Shown: piece after piece, positions 62,695 through 64,000 of the stretch
Position numbering within the stretch: the stretch's first letter is position 1
How the letters are laid out: each line of letters begins with the position of its first letter
Source: Lepidodermella squamata
Lineage: Eukaryota; Animalia; Gastrotricha
Length of the DNA stretch: 64,000 nt
Assembly: GCA_047495785.1 (NCBI GenBank)
Contig: JBLDXI010000015.1
Location: 1,426,001-1,490,000, forward strand
Direction: 5' to 3'
Program-made: the position numbers and the translations under genes
Notes under the pieces: generated by a model
The model's input: the letters and a program-made list of their open reading frames with translations, nothing else
Told to the model about the DNA's origin: nothing
Databases searched by the model: none

Positions 62695-64000
62695 ATGAGC
62701 TCTTCATTAAAAATGCTGCTTCGCCTGTTCCTTTTAGAGATATTCATCAACAGCTTAAATTGTCGTTCCTTTTATTCATGGATGACCCCTTACAACACAT
62801 CCCAGCCGATGGATTGGGATAACATTCTTCAAAATGTGCCTAAGCAGTGTTCTCTCAAGAACGTTCATTTTGTCGGACGCCATGGAACTAGGAGTCCATC
62901 GCTTGGTCAAATCACTGCGGCCCTAAAAGTGGCTGAAAAGCTGAAGAACTATTTGAAAAACACTACCTTAGATAGCTCAAGGCCTGAGTATCAGCGAATT
63001 GATCGTTACTCAAGATGGAATGCCACTTTAAATGGAGGAGAAGTGATTCTAGAGAGGGGAGTGAATGAAATGCGCTATCTGGCTAAAAGTTACCATGCTT
63101 TATTCCAAAAGTATGGTTTGACAGGTATAAAACTTATTATTTGAGCAATCTGGTGATAATTTTTCGGATATAGGAGTCCTATCCTTTCAATCCACCTCAA
63201 CAGATAGAGCACTCAGTAGTTCTTCAGCCTTTCGCGAGCAATGGTATGATTTGCAACAAAAATCTGGCCCGTATGACGAAAATAAAACGCTTGAAGACTC
63301 ATCGAAAAAGTTCACAATACTTCAAAATGTTGCATATGACAATGTTTTATCTTACTTCACTAACTGCGAGCGTTACGTCAGAGAGATCAAGGATAATGCT
63401 ACAAGCAGGCCAGAATTTACAGGAATTTCATCTACGCCACGAGCCTTGGATATTGTGAAGTCTTTCAACAAGCGTTTTCTCGGCCAGGGTGATGAACCTT
63501 TGCTCAATTTCAGTATGTTCAACCTTATCACATCTTCCAGTTTGATAATTTCTCAATTCTAGATGAAATTTTCTCATTGTATTACATGGCGGGATATGAG
63601 CTAGCCTCAAAAGGCTCTTCAATCTTAGCCGACTTATTTCTGGAGTCCGATCTCGAATTTTTTGATTACGCTGATGATCTTGAGGTTAGGAATTATCATA
63701 CATAGGTGTTTAATCGCACCATTTCTCCAATATAGACCTGGTGGAAGTCGGCCTATGGCTATCAGCTGAACTACGACGCTTCATGTGCCCTTACCACCTC
63801 AATTTTTGAAATTTCGAGTTTGACTCGAACGATGCCGCGGGAATTTATTGGCCGTTTCCCCGGCATATTTCAGTTTACTCACTCAGAGGCTATTGTCCCT
63901 CTAATAGCCCGCCTAGGATTATTCAAAGACGAAATTCCACTCAAAGGCGATGCTTCATGGGATTTCATTCGGAACCGGCTGTTCCGATGCTCAGAATTGA
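62695..64000 (+). CDS. MINPP1/phytase-like copy 4, truncated by the window end
   Basis: Signal peptide, RHGTRSP, DRALSSS, WWKSAYGY and FTHSEAI. Same intron positions as copies 2 and 3. Confidence 0.88.

Overview
Eukaryotic genomic DNA, very likely from an invertebrate animal with a compact genome: GT-AG introns are mostly 45-60 bp and intergenic DNA is AT-rich. I cannot name the species. Genes from left to right: the 5' part of mitochondrial methionyl-tRNA formyltransferase (MTFMT, minus strand), with a Myb/SANT gene and a small CaaX gene nested on the opposite strand; a 15-finger C2H2 protein; an intronless bacterial-type GNAT acetyltransferase; a divergent alpha-1,3-fucosyltransferase; a cluster of secreted Cys-rich proteins (single PAN domain, two paralogous peptide precursors plus a relic, and a Kunitz-mucin-PAN protein); a tightly packed co-directional run ZCCHC4 > LDAF1/promethin > PIK3C3/Vps34 > DAGL > DAGL that looks like a trans-spliced operon; a SARAF-like membrane protein; a frameshifted AANAT-like GNAT; a degenerate GT15 (Kre2/Mnt1-like) gene; and a tandem array of secreted MINPP1/phytase-like phosphatases, one of them a two-domain fusion. 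Mobile DNA includes a 986-bp foldback element with an 8-bp TSD, a hAT-like MITE, a multicopy GGG-ended MITE family, and pogo, MULE and RTE relics. All gene models were spliced by eye and family calls come from remembered motifs, not database searches.
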